A stretch of 64,000 nt of DNA. Origin: Macrostomum lignano. Lineage: Eukaryota. The stretch covers positions 1 to 64,000 of the forward strand of contig NIVC01002188.1 of the NCBI GenBank assembly GCA_002269645.1, in the 5' to 3' direction. How positions within the stretch are numbered: position 1 is the stretch's first letter; every line of letters begins with the position of its first letter. The position numbers and the translations under genes were made by a program. The notes beneath the pieces are model-generated. The model was not told the origin of the DNA. It worked only from the letters and a program-made list of their open reading frames with translations, and ran no database searches. Of this stretch, positions 23,741-34,892 are shown one piece after another.

Positions 23741-26700
23741 ATGGCGACGAGGCTGCCAACCATCGAACCGCTAGAAGAGAGCGAGGACCCCCACCGATGG
23801 CTGCAGCGATTCGAAATCTGCGCAACGCTGAATGACTGGAAAGACGACAAAAAGCGCAACGCTTTTCTGGCGCTGCTCGGCAAGCGAATTTTTAACCTCC
23901 TTGCTGATGCGGTGCTGCCCGATAAGTTGGACACCAAGGACTTTGATACGCTCAGCAAGCTGCTCACCAAAGAGGTCAAAGGTGAGAAATCTGTGATTGC
24001 AAGCCGCTACGAGTTCCATAAAGCGAAGCAGGAGAACAATGAGGACATAGCCACTTACAGCAGGAGGCTGAAGCAGCTGTCCGAAGCCTGCAAATTTACC
24101 GATTCGGCAGACCGGCTCAGAGATCAGTTTATCTTTGGACTCCAGAGTAAAGAGATTCTGCGGAAGCTACTGTCTGAGAAAATCGAAGACCTGACGTGGG
24201 ACAAGGTAACGGCGGTAGCTGCGGCTTGCGAAGCGGTCCAGCGTGGGGAGAAAGACATGACCGGCTTGAATGTACTGCAGATGCGTCAGACAAGTGGTCG
24301 ACCGCAAAAAGGCAGCGAAGCCGGAAGGAAACGTTCACAAAAACCCACGAGTGAGGACAAGAACGCCAAGCAGGTCACTTGCTACTGCTGTGGGAAACCT
24401 GGTCATCTAAAGAGTGAATGCCGATTCAAATCCTTGAAGTGTGATAGCTGCGGAAAATTGGGTCACCTGAGATCTGTCTGCAGAGCTTCGAAGACAAAGG
24501 CCGAAAGACACCGAGAGTCTTCAAGGGTTCGACTAGTGCTGCAATCACCATCAATGGAGAAGTGTGAAGAGGATCAATGCGACAAGATATTCTCCATGAC
24601 AACCAGCAAGCAGAGAATTTTGCGCACAGTGAGTATTAACGGCACAAGTGTTGAAATGGTGTTTGATACGGGTGCGGATGCCTCATTGGTATCCAAACAC
24701 TCATTCGAACAACTGTCACAGAGGACAGATGTTATGCCAGCCGACAGAACATTTAAGGACTATCAGGGCTGTGCAGTCCCGCTGTTTGGTAAGTCGATCG
24801 TCACAGTGCAGTTCAACGGCATCACAACACAGCTTCCTATCTTCATCGTGGATCGGCCAGGAGCTCCGAACATCTATGGGCTTGAGTGGATGCACGCCCT
24901 TGAGCCGCACCTGAATATTTACCAGGTAACGCATTTCGAAGCACATCTAGTTTTAAAGGACGAAGCCAGACCCGTGTTTCTCAAGCCAAGACCTATACCA
25001 TACGGCATTCGAGAGAGTGTGAAACAGGAACTGGACCGCCTGGAAAGTGAAGGAATTCTGAAGAAGATTGATCAGAGCGAATGGGCAACGCCGATTGTGG
25101 TTGTGAGAAAGCAGAGTGGAAAAATACGCATATGCGGCGACTACAAGGTGACTGTCAACAAATCCCTATGCGATATGGTCTCAACCACCCCATGCATTGA
25201 AGATGTGTTGAGCCAGTTGGGTGGAGCCAAGATCTTCTCTGTTCTCGATCTGACGAACGCTTACCTACAGTTACCAGTAGACGATGCGTCTGGAAGCATC
25301 CTAACTCTGAGCACCCCTTTCGGGTTATATCAGCCCAAAGCCCTTGCTTATGGTGTCAAACAGGCACCGGCAATTTTTCAGGGATATATGGACAAGCTAT
25401 TAGCTTCGGAGAAAAATGTGGTTAGCTACCAGGACGACATCCTCATATATGGAAAAACGGAACAGGAACACGACAACCAGATTAACGTTGTTACACGCAT
25501 CCTACAGGAAAACAATGTCGTGGTTAACTATCAGAAAAGTGCACTCAAGCGCAGTAGAGTAAAGTTTCTGGGACTCGACATTGGCAGCGAAGGAATCTGT
25601 CCAGCAGAAGACAAGATGGAAGCCATACGGAGTTTAGCAGATCCAAGGTCTGTCAAGGAGCTTAGATCATTCCTGGGCCTGGCAGAGTTTTACTCCAGAT
25701 TTATAAAAAATCTATCTACCATCAAAGAGCCTCTAGCGAAGCTCGTTCGACAGGATGAAGAGTGGCGATGGGGACCCATGGAACAGTCTGCGTTCCAGCT
25801 AATCAAGACTAGCATCTGTGAGTCGAAGGTCATTAAACCGTTTGATCCATCCGACTCAATTACAAGACTCACAACGGACGCCTCTCCTTACGGTCTTGGA
25901 GCAGTGCTTGAACAATCCAAAGGACCGGTCATGTTTGTATCGAAGACACTCAGTAAGCCGGAGCGTAACTATGCACAAATTGAGCGCGAGGCGCTGGGAA
26001 TCATCTGGGCTGTTAAGCGTCTTCATAAATACTTGTATGCTCGAAAGTTTGTACTAGTGACGGATCATCATCCACTGAAGTATATATTTGATCCAGCAAA
26101 GAGCCTCAACAGCCTGGCTAGTGCTAGAATTCAGCGATGGGCGATCTCACTGGCATCGTATGACTATACCGTGGAATGCCGTCGATCTGAGGAGATTCCA
26201 GTAGCCGATGCGCTTTCAAGATTGACATCTACGAGCGCCGATAATGAGCAATTTGACGTCAGTACAGTTCAGGACACCGTACTCAACATGCCGGTGGATA
26301 AAAAAGAAATTCGCAGACAGTCGCTACGGGATCCAACAATGCGTAAGCTGTTTGCCCAAGTAAAACATGGATGGACGGTAAGGGGAAAGAATCAGTTGCC
26401 AGAATTTTCCCGGCTACAAAGCGAGTTCTCTATTGAAGATGGAATCTTGTATCGGGGAATCAGAACTATTATCCCCACTGTACTTCGTGATCAAGTGCTA
26501 CGAACGCTTCATGATGGGCATTTAGGAGCGGAGAAAATGAAATCTATTGCCCGACAGTGCGTATGGTGGCCATCAGTGGATGCGGACATTCAGCAGCGGG
26601 CAAAGGCATGCAAGGACTGCCAGCAGCAAAAAGATCATGCGAAGAGCGAATGGATTCCATGGCCACAGGAAACCGAGAAGTGGAGCCGAGTCCATATAGA

Positions 26701-27466
26701 CTATGCTGGTCCATTTAATAATGGAAAATATTGCCTTATAATTATTGACGCCTACAGTAAATGGGCTGAGGTCCATCTGATGAGTTCCACTACAACGGAA
26801 GAAACTATTCTGCGTCTTCGCCGCACATTCGCACAGGAAGGTGTGCCACTTACACTAGTGTCCGATAACGGACCACAATTTACGTCCAAGCATATGGAAA
26901 ACTGGCTACAGTCAATCGGGTGTAAGCACATTCTAACACCACCATATCATCCGCGATCGAATGGACAAGCGGAGAGATTCGTCCGTGATCTAAAAAGCCA
27001 CCTCAGAGCAGCACAGCAGGAAAGCTGCATGCAGGCCAACATAGATCGATTCTTGCTGCAGTATCGGAATGCAAAGCACGCTGCCACAGGGAAATCTCCA
27101 GCTGAAATGATGCGTGGTCATTTATTGCGTGGCCCGATCACCCAACTGTCAAAGCAACCGGTGTGGGTCAAGGTCTACAATGATCACCAACGCAAATGGG
27201 CACCTGGAGTCGTCATCAACTCTGAAGGCAAGGCTATTGTTAATGTTGAAGGTGAAGATGGAAACATCTCGAGAAGGCACCTGGAGCAGATAAAACCAAG
27301 AGTTACCGACGCTAAAGAGGCCGAGGAAGATACAAGTCATAGCGATTCAAAAGATCAAGCGCGCCCAGAAGACGCTAATAAACTCTATCCTACTCGTAAT
27401 CGAAGGCCGCCTGATAGACTGCAGTACAAAAAACTCGGGACACCAAACAAACAGAGCTTAACGTGA
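23741..27466 (+). CDS. Gag-Pol polyprotein, 1241 aa
   Basis: Two CCHC knuckles (CYCCGKPGHLKSEC, CDSCGKLGHLRSVC), protease FDTGA, RT YQDD, RNase H TDAS, integrase HDGH..CKDC plus HIDY/SDNG/AE core; no stops. Confidence 0.96.
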   Translation: MATRLPTIEPLEESEDPHRWLQRFEICATLNDWKDDKKRNAFLALLGKRIFNLLADAVLPDKLDTKDFDTLSKLLTKEVKGEKSVIASRYEFHKAKQENNEDIATYSRRLKQLSEACKFTDSADRLRDQFIFGLQSKEILRKLLSEKIEDLTWDKVTAVAAACEAVQRGEKDMTGLNVLQMRQTSGRPQKGSEAGRKRSQKPTSEDKNAKQVTCYCCGKPGHLKSECRFKSLKCDSCGKLGHLRSVCRASKTKAERHRESSRVRLVLQSPSMEKCEEDQCDKIFSMTTSKQRILRTVSINGTSVEMVFDTGADASLVSKHSFEQLSQRTDVMPADRTFKDYQGCAVPLFGKSIVTVQFNGITTQLPIFIVDRPGAPNIYGLEWMHALEPHLNIYQVTHFEAHLVLKDEARPVFLKPRPIPYGIRESVKQELDRLESEGILKKIDQSEWATPIVVVRKQSGKIRICGDYKVTVNKSLCDMVSTTPCIEDVLSQLGGAKIFSVLDLTNAYLQLPVDDASGSILTLSTPFGLYQPKALAYGVKQAPAIFQGYMDKLLASEKNVVSYQDDILIYGKTEQEHDNQINVVTRILQENNVVVNYQKSALKRSRVKFLGLDIGSEGICPAEDKMEAIRSLADPRSVKELRSFLGLAEFYSRFIKNLSTIKEPLAKLVRQDEEWRWGPMEQSAFQLIKTSICESKVIKPFDPSDSITRLTTDASPYGLGAVLEQSKGPVMFVSKTLSKPERNYAQIEREALGIIWAVKRLHKYLYARKFVLVTDHHPLKYIFDPAKSLNSLASARIQRWAISLASYDYTVECRRSEEIPVADALSRLTSTSADNEQFDVSTVQDTVLNMPVDKKEIRRQSLRDPTMRKLFAQVKHGWTVRGKNQLPEFSRLQSEFSIEDGILYRGIRTIIPTVLRDQVLRTLHDGHLGAEKMKSIARQCVWWPSVDADIQQRAKACKDCQQQKDHAKSEWIPWPQETEKWSRVHIDYAGPFNNGKYCLIIIDAYSKWAEVHLMSSTTTEETILRLRRTFAQEGVPLTLVSDNGPQFTSKHMENWLQSIGCKHILTPPYHPRSNGQAERFVRDLKSHLRAAQQESCMQANIDRFLLQYRNAKHAATGKSPAEMMRGHLLRGPITQLSKQPVWVKVYNDHQRKWAPGVVINSEGKAIVNVEGEDGNISRRHLEQIKPRVTDAKEAEEDTSHSDSKDQARPEDANKLYPTRNRRPPDRLQYKKLGTPNKQSLT
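23742..23752 (+). promoter_or_regulatory. Primer-binding site TGGCGACGAGG, probably tRNA-Ser(GCU)
   Basis: 1 nt after the 5' LTR; complementary to the ...CCUCGUCGCCA 3' end of animal tRNA-Ser(GCU). Confidence 0.8.
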
Positions 27467-27608
27467 ATCCAAGCGTAGTTTGCAATGGAAAGCTACTCTT
27501 GTGAACTGATTGTGTACCTGTTGTTTTTATTTTATTATTTGAAAGCGTGTCTCCACCTCATTATGAAACCATGAGGTGCATTCTTTTAGAGTATTTTTTA
27601 TCTCGCAT

Positions 27609-27616
27609 GGGAGGAG
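27609..27616 (+). promoter_or_regulatory. Polypurine tract GGGAGGAG
   Basis: Abuts the 3' LTR. Confidence 0.85.
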
Positions 27617-27797
27617 TGTTAGTATCGGCTTGTGTGTGCGTCGGTATGCTGTCTTTGGCCAAACCCATAGAGTTGTAATGAGCAAAGGCAGCGCTAAAGA
27701 ATAAATAAAAAAGAACGAAAGAAGGCAAAGTAAGCCGCGAGAGCATGCAGCTTGATTGTCAAGTGAAAGTGATTCAATAATCGACTCCGAGCTAACA
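27617..27797 (+). repeat. 3' LTR (181 bp)
   Basis: Identical to the 5' LTR. Confidence 0.97.
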
Positions 27798-29296
27798 ACG
27801 TGCATCCTGTTTGACATCCCTCAGTTGGAGTTGGGTAGTTGCTATTCTATGTGGTTTGAGAGGATGAGCTGGAGCTGGATGCAGCTGGGGTATTGGAAGT
27901 GGTAACATTTCTTTTCTGATTTAACATCGACTGTTTCTATATCCAAAAATTGAACACCCTTTGGACACTTTCGTAGTGTCAGAAATACTATAAAGTTTCC
28001 TGCTTTGTCTTTAAAATCTAACAAGTGATTTATTGAGAGCTAGAAGTCCTGAACAAAGTGAATAGTTTTCTCGCGCCCAGCAATGGCATCAGTGATTTGC
28101 CTTTCGTAGCCTTTCAGAACGATCTTCGGCTTCCATCATCAGTCTGGCTAATTCAACTTGACGTAATTACTTCCAACCAGTTGAATTAATGGAATTTCTT
28201 ATCCAATCGCGTAAATATTATCGTCGGCATATCGATTTGAAAATGAAGAGCGAAATTGTTTACAAAATTGTATTTAAAAAATTTAGAGCATAGATAAACC
28301 ATTAGGGTTAGACATAGCTCGTTTTACGAGTATTATGTCGTTCTAATAAATGGATACATTTAAATTGTCATGGACTATGAGACGATGACTAACCGTTGCA
28401 GGATTATTTTACTGTTGTAGACAGGTGACATTTCGCAGGGAGGACCCCAAGACTGTAGTTTTAATTTAGGAATTCCCAGAATTGTGAAGTCGGAAATGGC
28501 TAGTTGACAAAGATGGAGAGCACCATTATCATGGATCTTTTTCAAAGGCGTCTGTTTATCTAAGTAGAAAGCTGTAGCTAGTAGACTTCTTCAAAAGAAT
28601 AGGTGGAATTCTCATAGCACATTTAATTCTGTAGAGAGAACGTTGTGATATTCTTTAATATTTAAAGAAACCCAAATAGCAGAAAATTACAAACGAAAAG
28701 CTGCAATTAAAATAAGCGTGTATGCACATCAAACTGCTTATTTTTTGGTGGCAAGAATATTTTTTGACACCTTGAGCCCCGGAGAAAGTTAAAGTTTTGA
28801 CAGCAATGTTTTCTGTAATTTGATTTCCAGATTTATCTAATCAATGTTTGAAAGGAAATTATAAGTGCAATATTTCTTCATATTTTCAGTTCGTTTCAAC
28901 CAGCGGTTGGTCATATTGAAACATATTGAAATAGCAGGGACAAGGCGATGCTAAATATTAAAGCCATAGTACTTGTAGAAACTTCGAAAACCCAATTCAA
29001 GACTTTACACAGGGGCAACTGGTAAGTCGTGAGGTATATTGGATGAAGAATAAGAAGTTAGTCAGTGAGTGTAGTTCCGGTAAATTATAGAAGACAGTTG
29101 TCTGACGTGAAAACATGGATGATCGCATAAATCAATGAGTTGCCCGATGTCATTTCTGCTAATGTGCAGCTTTTAGAGAAATAGGAATTAATAACGAAAG
29201 ACGATCTAGTAAAGAATGCGAATCAATGTTTGAAGGTATTAAGGTTTTATCGATAATCGATTATTAACTCATACAACCTATTAATGGCAGGTTAAT

Positions 29297-29573
29297 TAAT
29301 ATAAAGCGAGAATATAAGTTAATGGCCATGCGATCCGCAGGCCGAGCCGCACCAGCAGTAGCTATGGAACTGAACTCCAAAGTAGCGAAATCGGCCGTAA
29401 GAGCACATCTGGCTGCACAGTTGCATTGTCATTGTGGCGCTATCGTGACACCATTGTGCAAACTTCCATCGTTTTAAAATAGCTCCTTGTAAATTACTCA
29501 GCTACTCGCATGTATGCTCAACTGCAACATTCCTCTGTCATTGGCCATTAACTTAAATTCCCGCTTTATATTA
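29297..29573. mobile_element. Small inverted-repeat element (32-bp arms, 2 mismatches)
   Basis: TAATATAAAGCGAGAATATAAGTTAATGGCCA (29297-29328) versus reverse complement of 29542-29573. Confidence 0.6.
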
Positions 29574-29795
29574 GCTGGATTGATTGAATTGTCGATGGTC
29601 GAAACAGGACTTTAAGTTAATGACCAGCCATTAAGCAGAGGTCATTACCGTGAAGTGACATTTCGGTCAATGTCGTGCACCTTGTGTCCCATAGATTGTA
29701 AACCAATTTGAATTAAAAACCAATCTTATGACTGAGCGCCTCACCTACTATTTAATTCATCACGACCGGGAAATTTATGTTGATTATTTTGAATT

Positions 29796-32255
29796 TTAGC
29801 GCCTTCCTTCGCGTCTGCTTCGGCTGCGCCGCCTAGACTGTTTCTTTGACTTGGAAGATGATGATGAGGATGACCGCTTCTGTCCAGCCGCTTGTACCGT
29901 GGTGTTTGCAGCGGAAATGCCCAGCGCAGCCAGCGCCTCTCTACGCTGACCCAGAGAGCGCAGGCGTAGCGCAAGAACAGCGCCGCGCAATCGTCGTCCA
30001 TCGTTCTTTGCTACGGCGTCAGAAGCGACCTTAGAGTCGATAAACTGGGCAAAGGCCTGTAGAGAAGAGCCGTGCACAATCAGCTGGATGGCGTCCCGTT
30101 CGATGATAAATGGGTTAAAAAAATCACGCAGCTCCTGCGTGGTGGCGTCTAACGGCAGGTTCTGCACTTCAACGCAAACCTGCTTGCTGTCGTCCGGTCC
30201 ACTGTCGCCTTTCGCAACAGTCGCTGCGCCCGAAGCCGCGGCTAGTCGTTGATCTCGCGTCAGCCTAAAGTCAAGATTGATGTCGGAAAGCGACGCAACG
30301 GCCGCTTTGCGGGAGATGGTAGCATATTCTCGAAACTGAATCATCGAAATGGCACACACAGAAGCGCCAGGGAAATGTTTGCTGGCATCAGTGCTCAAAG
30401 CGTTTTGAAAGCCGCTGTACAGAGAGAAATGAACATAGGCGGTGGCCGTAAAAGGGCATTTGCTCTGGTCAATAAAAATATCATTGACAGGATCAGTTAT
30501 AACAGATTGACCGAAGATTGACACTAAATCGTCGCGTAGAATCGGCTTTGGCAAACCGCTGATCTCTAGACAACAGTCATCGTGGTAAGGCGATGGACAC
30601 TTCGGATAGCTGGGCAGAGGTCCTCCAGCCTCTGCAACCATCTTGGATTCGCTCAGCGTTGGATCGTTGGCGCTAATGAATTCATGCTCACAAGATTGCC
30701 GAACGTGAATTCTAGAGGCCAAAGTCTTAGGAGAGGCGAGACAGCGACGTTGATCGGCGATGTCTGTCAGTCGGATGAAGACCTGGCCAGTTCGTCGGCG
30801 AAGCGCATCGGCCTCGTACTTAATAGCCGAGTGGGACAGACGAACTCCGGCTGGTAGTGCCCCAACCACATCATTATAGCGGGCATCTAATGGTACGTCA
30901 CGCAGTGCTAGATAGTGGGCGTCGTTTTGACCCCGTTCGTATTTGATCGGGGCAGAAACAGAACTGGGATCGACAGCAGGAGCTTCGGTTTTTGAAACTG
31001 GAACAGTAGTTTTCATTTGTTCTTGTCGTGCGGGCGATTGATTACGCTGCCGCGACGGCGAAGCCGATACTACAGGATTTTGAACAATCGGAGTATGATC
31101 TGACCGCTCCTGAGGAGCAGGTTGAATAGTTTTTGGTTCGGGTTTCTGCTCAGGCGAAACAAGATGTGGAGCTAATCTGTTGGTGTCGGCTGCGGCCACT
31201 TCCCATGGGCGAGGTCGGAAGAGGCCTACAGGTTCAGTGGGTGCAGACGATGGTGTCGAATCGCTGCTGTTGCGGATATTGCGAATCATCATGGTGGCTG
31301 AATCATCAGCATTCTGCCCGGACATTGTTTGTGTCTGCTGTTGATGGGGCATTTGGGGTCGAGGAAGCATCTGTTCCGGCGGTCTGATCCCAGCACCGAT
31401 TGCAGTCATGCGGTTGCGTGCCAACGCAAATCCGATACCGCGCCCACTGCCCGGCTGTTGGGATAATGGAGCCCCTGGGATTTCAGTTTCTTCACTGGCT
31501 CGGATGTCATCGTTGGTGTTGTTGTCAAAACGGCTACGACGAAAGCCAATTCCTCGGCCGCGCGAGGCCACCGGCTGCAAATCTGCTGATGGCTGTGTCA
31601 CTCTCTCTGATGCAGGAGCCATCATGGGTTTAGGAGGAGTTGGCGACCGAATATTAGGCGATAGAATAGCTGCCTGAGGCCTCGGGGGCGCAGGGGCTCG
31701 CATTGAGTGTTGTGGCGGTCCGGGAATGCTCGACTTGGGATGCATTGAAAGTGCTGTCTGTGGAGAAACACCTCGACCTTGAAAACTCGGAGCAGAAGGC
31801 CCTGGTTGATGAGGGTGCTGTAGATTTCCACCGGGACCAGCACTAGCAAGGCCTATAGGTTGACCGATTGGTAAGCATTGACCAAACTGACTGCCTCGAC
31901 CAGCAAAGGTTTTCTCCGTTTGAATGATGTTTCCTTCAAAACCTTTCTGTTGCCCAGAAAAGTCTCGGTCCGGTCGAAAGGCTTTTCCTTCGTCTGAGAA
32001 TCTTGATCGGCCTCCGCGTCTTTCTGGAATTCCAGATTGACCACCAAGAACTTCGTCGTTATGCACAACCGAAGGCTGATCTTGTTCATCAGGGTCCTGG
32101 CTAGCTGCTACATCTGGGTTCTGACCTCGAGCATGCAGATATTGCCCACTCCATTCCTCCGGGTTCTGACCACCTCTAGCTCCATAGGCAAGAGTCTGGC
32201 TATCCGGTCTGCCCAGGAGACTAGTTGAGCGTACGCCACTTCTGTCTGGAAATTT
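29796..32255 (-). CDS. RBM12: RBM12-like protein, C-terminal segment (-1 frame relative to upstream part): Pro/Gln linker, three RRMs, SR-like tail
   Basis: Frame open from 32330 to stop at 29796; RRM-like blocks HYLALRDVP.., CCLEISGLP..AYVHF, VCVEVQNLP..DFF..AFAQF; ends KRSSSSSSSKSKKQSRRRSRSRR. Confidence 0.8.
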   Translation of the reverse strand, partial: KFPDRSGVRSTSLLGRPDSQTLAYGARGGQNPEEWSGQYLHARGQNPDVAASQDPDEQDQPSVVHNDEVLGGQSGIPERRGGRSRFSDEGKAFRPDRDFSGQQKGFEGNIIQTEKTFAGRGSQFGQCLPIGQPIGLASAGPGGNLQHPHQPGPSAPSFQGRGVSPQTALSMHPKSSIPGPPQHSMRAPAPPRPQAAILSPNIRSPTPPKPMMAPASERVTQPSADLQPVASRGRGIGFRRSRFDNNTNDDIRASEETEIPGAPLSQQPGSGRGIGFALARNRMTAIGAGIRPPEQMLPRPQMPHQQQTQTMSGQNADDSATMMIRNIRNSSDSTPSSAPTEPVGLFRPRPWEVAAADTNRLAPHLVSPEQKPEPKTIQPAPQERSDHTPIVQNPVVSASPSRQRNQSPARQEQMKTTVPVSKTEAPAVDPSSVSAPIKYERGQNDAHYLALRDVPLDARYNDVVGALPAGVRLSHSAIKYEADALRRRTGQVFIRLTDIADQRRCLASPKTLASRIHVRQSCEHEFISANDPTLSESKMVAEAGGPLPSYPKCPSPYHDDCCLEISGLPKPILRDDLVSIFGQSVITDPVNDIFIDQSKCPFTATAYVHFSLYSGFQNALSTDASKHFPGASVCAISMIQFREYATISRKAAVASLSDINLDFRLTRDQRLAAASGAATVAKGDSGPDDSKQVCVEVQNLPLDATTQELRDFFNPFIIERDAIQLIVHGSSLQAFAQFIDSKVASDAVAKNDGRRLRGAVLALRLRSLGQRREALAALGISAANTTVQAAGQKRSSSSSSSKSKKQSRRRSRSRREGRR

Positions 32256-34255
32256 AAGCTGATCACCTGGTTCGCCAAGAACTTTCCAGCTCGTCGCTCT
32301 TCCAAAAGACCAGACCCGCCGCCTTGAATTTCAATAAGGCCAGGACGACACTGGCCTTCACTGTAACCAGGAAAACTTTCTCGCCCTTCATTAACGCCAG
32401 TTCGACCTTGGCCTTCGAAAAAACCAGATCGGTCTCCTCGTCCTTCAGTATAGTCAGATCGACCGCCTCGGCCTTCCTTAAAACCAGATCGGCCTCCTCG
32501 TCCTGCAGTAAAGTCAGGTGGACCTCGACCTTCATTAAAACCTGGTGAACTTTGACCTTCATTAAAACCAGGTGGACCCCGACCTTCATTATTAAAACCA
32601 GATAGGCCTTCTCGTCCTTCGATAAAGTCAGATCGACCACCTCGGCCTTCGTTGAAACCAGCTCGGCCTCCTAGTCCTTCGTTGAAACCAGATAGGCCTC
32701 CTCGTCCTTCGTTGAAACCAGATAGGCCTCCTCGTCCTTCGTTGAAACCAGATAGGCCTCCTCGTCCTTCGATAAAGTCAGATCGACCACCTCGGCCTTC
32801 GTTGAAACCAGATTGGCCTCCTCGTCCTTCGTTGAAACCAGATAGGCCTCCTCGTCCTTCGATTAAGTCAGATCGACCACCTCGGCCTTCGTTGAAACCA
32901 GTTTGGCCTCCTCGACCTCCATTATTAAAACCAGTTCGGCCTCCTCGTCCTTCGGTAAAGTCAGATCGACCACCTCGGCCCTCGTTGAAACCAGTTCGGC
33001 CTCCTCGTCCTTCGTTGAAACCAGATAAGCCTCCTCGTCCTTCGATAAAGTCAGATCGACCACCTCGGCCTTTGTTGAAACCAATTCGGCCTCCTCGTCC
33101 TTCATTGAAACCAGATAGGCCTTCTCGTCCTTTGGTAAAGTCAGATCGACCGGCCTGTCCTTTGAAAACGTCGGATCGACCGCTTTGTTGAACGAACTCC
33201 ACTCGGCTTTCGGGTCCAATAGCGGATCCAGTCAGACCACCGCGTCCTTCTGTGAAACGAGATTGACCCCCTCGTCTTTGCAAGAGACTGGAGGGACCAT
33301 CTCGACCAAGGCTTGTTGACGGCTGTTGCTGAGGTCGGGGGTCAAAGCCTCTCTCACTGTTAGAACTTTGGCCGCGACCCAGACCGCGACCGCGACCACG
33401 ACTACGGCCTCTTATCTCTGGCTCTAAGGACTGATGCGATAAGTCATCACCTCCAAAACTACGCTGTTTGTTTGACGAATATGGCCAGCCATCGCTTTCA
33501 GCATATACCTTCTCATTTTGAGCACTAAAAGTGCCACGGAAATCCTGCGGGTTTCGTTCATTCTGAAACGCAGGCGGTTGTTGAAACGACTCCAAATTTG
33601 TTGCCCCTTGATAGTTGGAAGGTTCGTCACGATTTATAGGAGGCTGCTGCTTCGAGTGATCGGGATGGCGCTCCCATCTGTCCCTGTTATCGGCCATAAA
33701 GGCATGGTTATTACCCTGCGATGGGCTATCACGCTGGATCTGTCTACCTGGAGGGAACTGACCGCCGCTTGCAGGTGGGTGTTGATCGCCAATGCTATGT
33801 GGAAATCGATCGCGACTGCCAGGTGGAAATCGATCACTGCCGCCAGGTGGAAATTGATCACCGCTGCTAGGCGAAACTTGATCACCGCCATAAGGTACAG
33901 CTCGACCGTCTCTGGCAGGTGGGAATCTGGCACTCCTTCCGCCGCCATCGTTTGACATCGGTACATCAGATTGATGTTGGTGATAGCGCTGACTAACGTT
34001 GTATGCGTTGCCTCCGTTCCGACGAAAATTGGATTGAAACTGACCGCCTGCATTTTTCCGCTGATAAGAATCAGCGGCTGCCGCTCCAGCACTGCTCATA
34101 GCGTGATCGTACTCAGCGTAATCATACGTAGCATCGATGGCTTCACGCCTTCGCTTCTCTGGTGGATAGCCGCCCATAGACAGCTGGGGAGGCGGCTGGT
34201 GTGGTTGCTGCTGAGACTGATGAGGTGGCGGCGGCATTCGCGGCTGGGATCCGAG
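32249..34255 (-). CDS. RBM12: RBM12-like protein, exon 2 (0 frame): low-complexity and RGG-repeat region
   Basis: TTTTTAG acceptor (34258-34256), phase 0, reads LGSQPRMPPPP...; 0 frame stays open to 32108. Confidence 0.8.
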
Positions 34256-34529
34256 CTAAAAGGGACAGATAAAAACTGTTAATGGACGGTTCTGAGGTTG
34301 GATAATGGGGAATAATTCAGAGTGAGGTAGTTTAAGGTAAAAATAGCGAGATAAATGGGCAGATAAAAATGCAATGCATCGGATCATAGAATGCGGCGAA
34401 TTTTTCTGGGCATAAAAGACGGCACTAGCTGTAGAGACAAGAGGGTGAAATCACATGTTATTTCCACCTCTACTCTTACTACTAAATGAAGAGAAGAGTT
34501 TATATACTATATCCTGAAAATGCTTGTAC

Positions 34530-34892
34530 CTGCTGAGCAGGCTGCGGTCTGTTGGACAGATTGGAGGGCAGCACAGCAGCCTGAGAGGGCGGAGGTGCAG
34601 CAGCGACAGCGGCTGCCGCAGCAGCAGCCTGCTTAGCTCTGGCCACAACCTGCTGCATCTCGCTCGTAGAGCTAACAAACAATTTGACAATCTCGCCACA
34701 CAGTTGCTGGCCGTTGAGTCTAAGCGCCAATCTAGCGTCGTCCTCGGTACCAAACGTGATAAAAGCGTCGCCAAATTCGCCGCCAACAATATGCACCCCG
34801 CCCTCGGGAATGAATAAGCCAGAGAAAAAGCGGCGTACATCGGCTGCCTGAGCATTCCAGGACAAATTTTGCAACCGAATAATCATTGCCAT
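34530..34892 (-). CDS. RBM12: RBM12-like protein, exon 1 (N-terminal RRM)
   Basis: MAMIIRLQNLSWNAQAADVRRFFSGLFIPEGGVHIVGGEFGDAFITF is the RBM12/RBM12B N-terminal signature (IRLQ.L......D.R.FFSGL.IP.GGVHIVGGE.G.AFI.F); CAG|GTAC donor at 34529, 121 codons. Confidence 0.92.

Larger units (their letters stand above)
23560..27797 (+). mobile_element. Intact Ty3/Gypsy LTR retrotransposon, Mag-type, 4238 bp
   Basis: Identical 181-bp LTRs (TG...CA), 5-bp TSD ACGTG (23555-23559 / 27798-27802), PBS, PPT, single gag-pol ORF in PR-RT-RH-IN order. Confidence 0.97.

Noticed and set aside
22937-29260. Possible decayed gene around the Gypsy insertion (22937-23555, 27803-29260)
   Set aside because: Joining the flanks across the TSD gives multiple stops and no recognisable motif.
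23518-34282. Antisense and alternate-frame ORFs overlapping gag-pol and RBM12
   Set aside because: Shadows of GC-rich or repetitive coding sequence.
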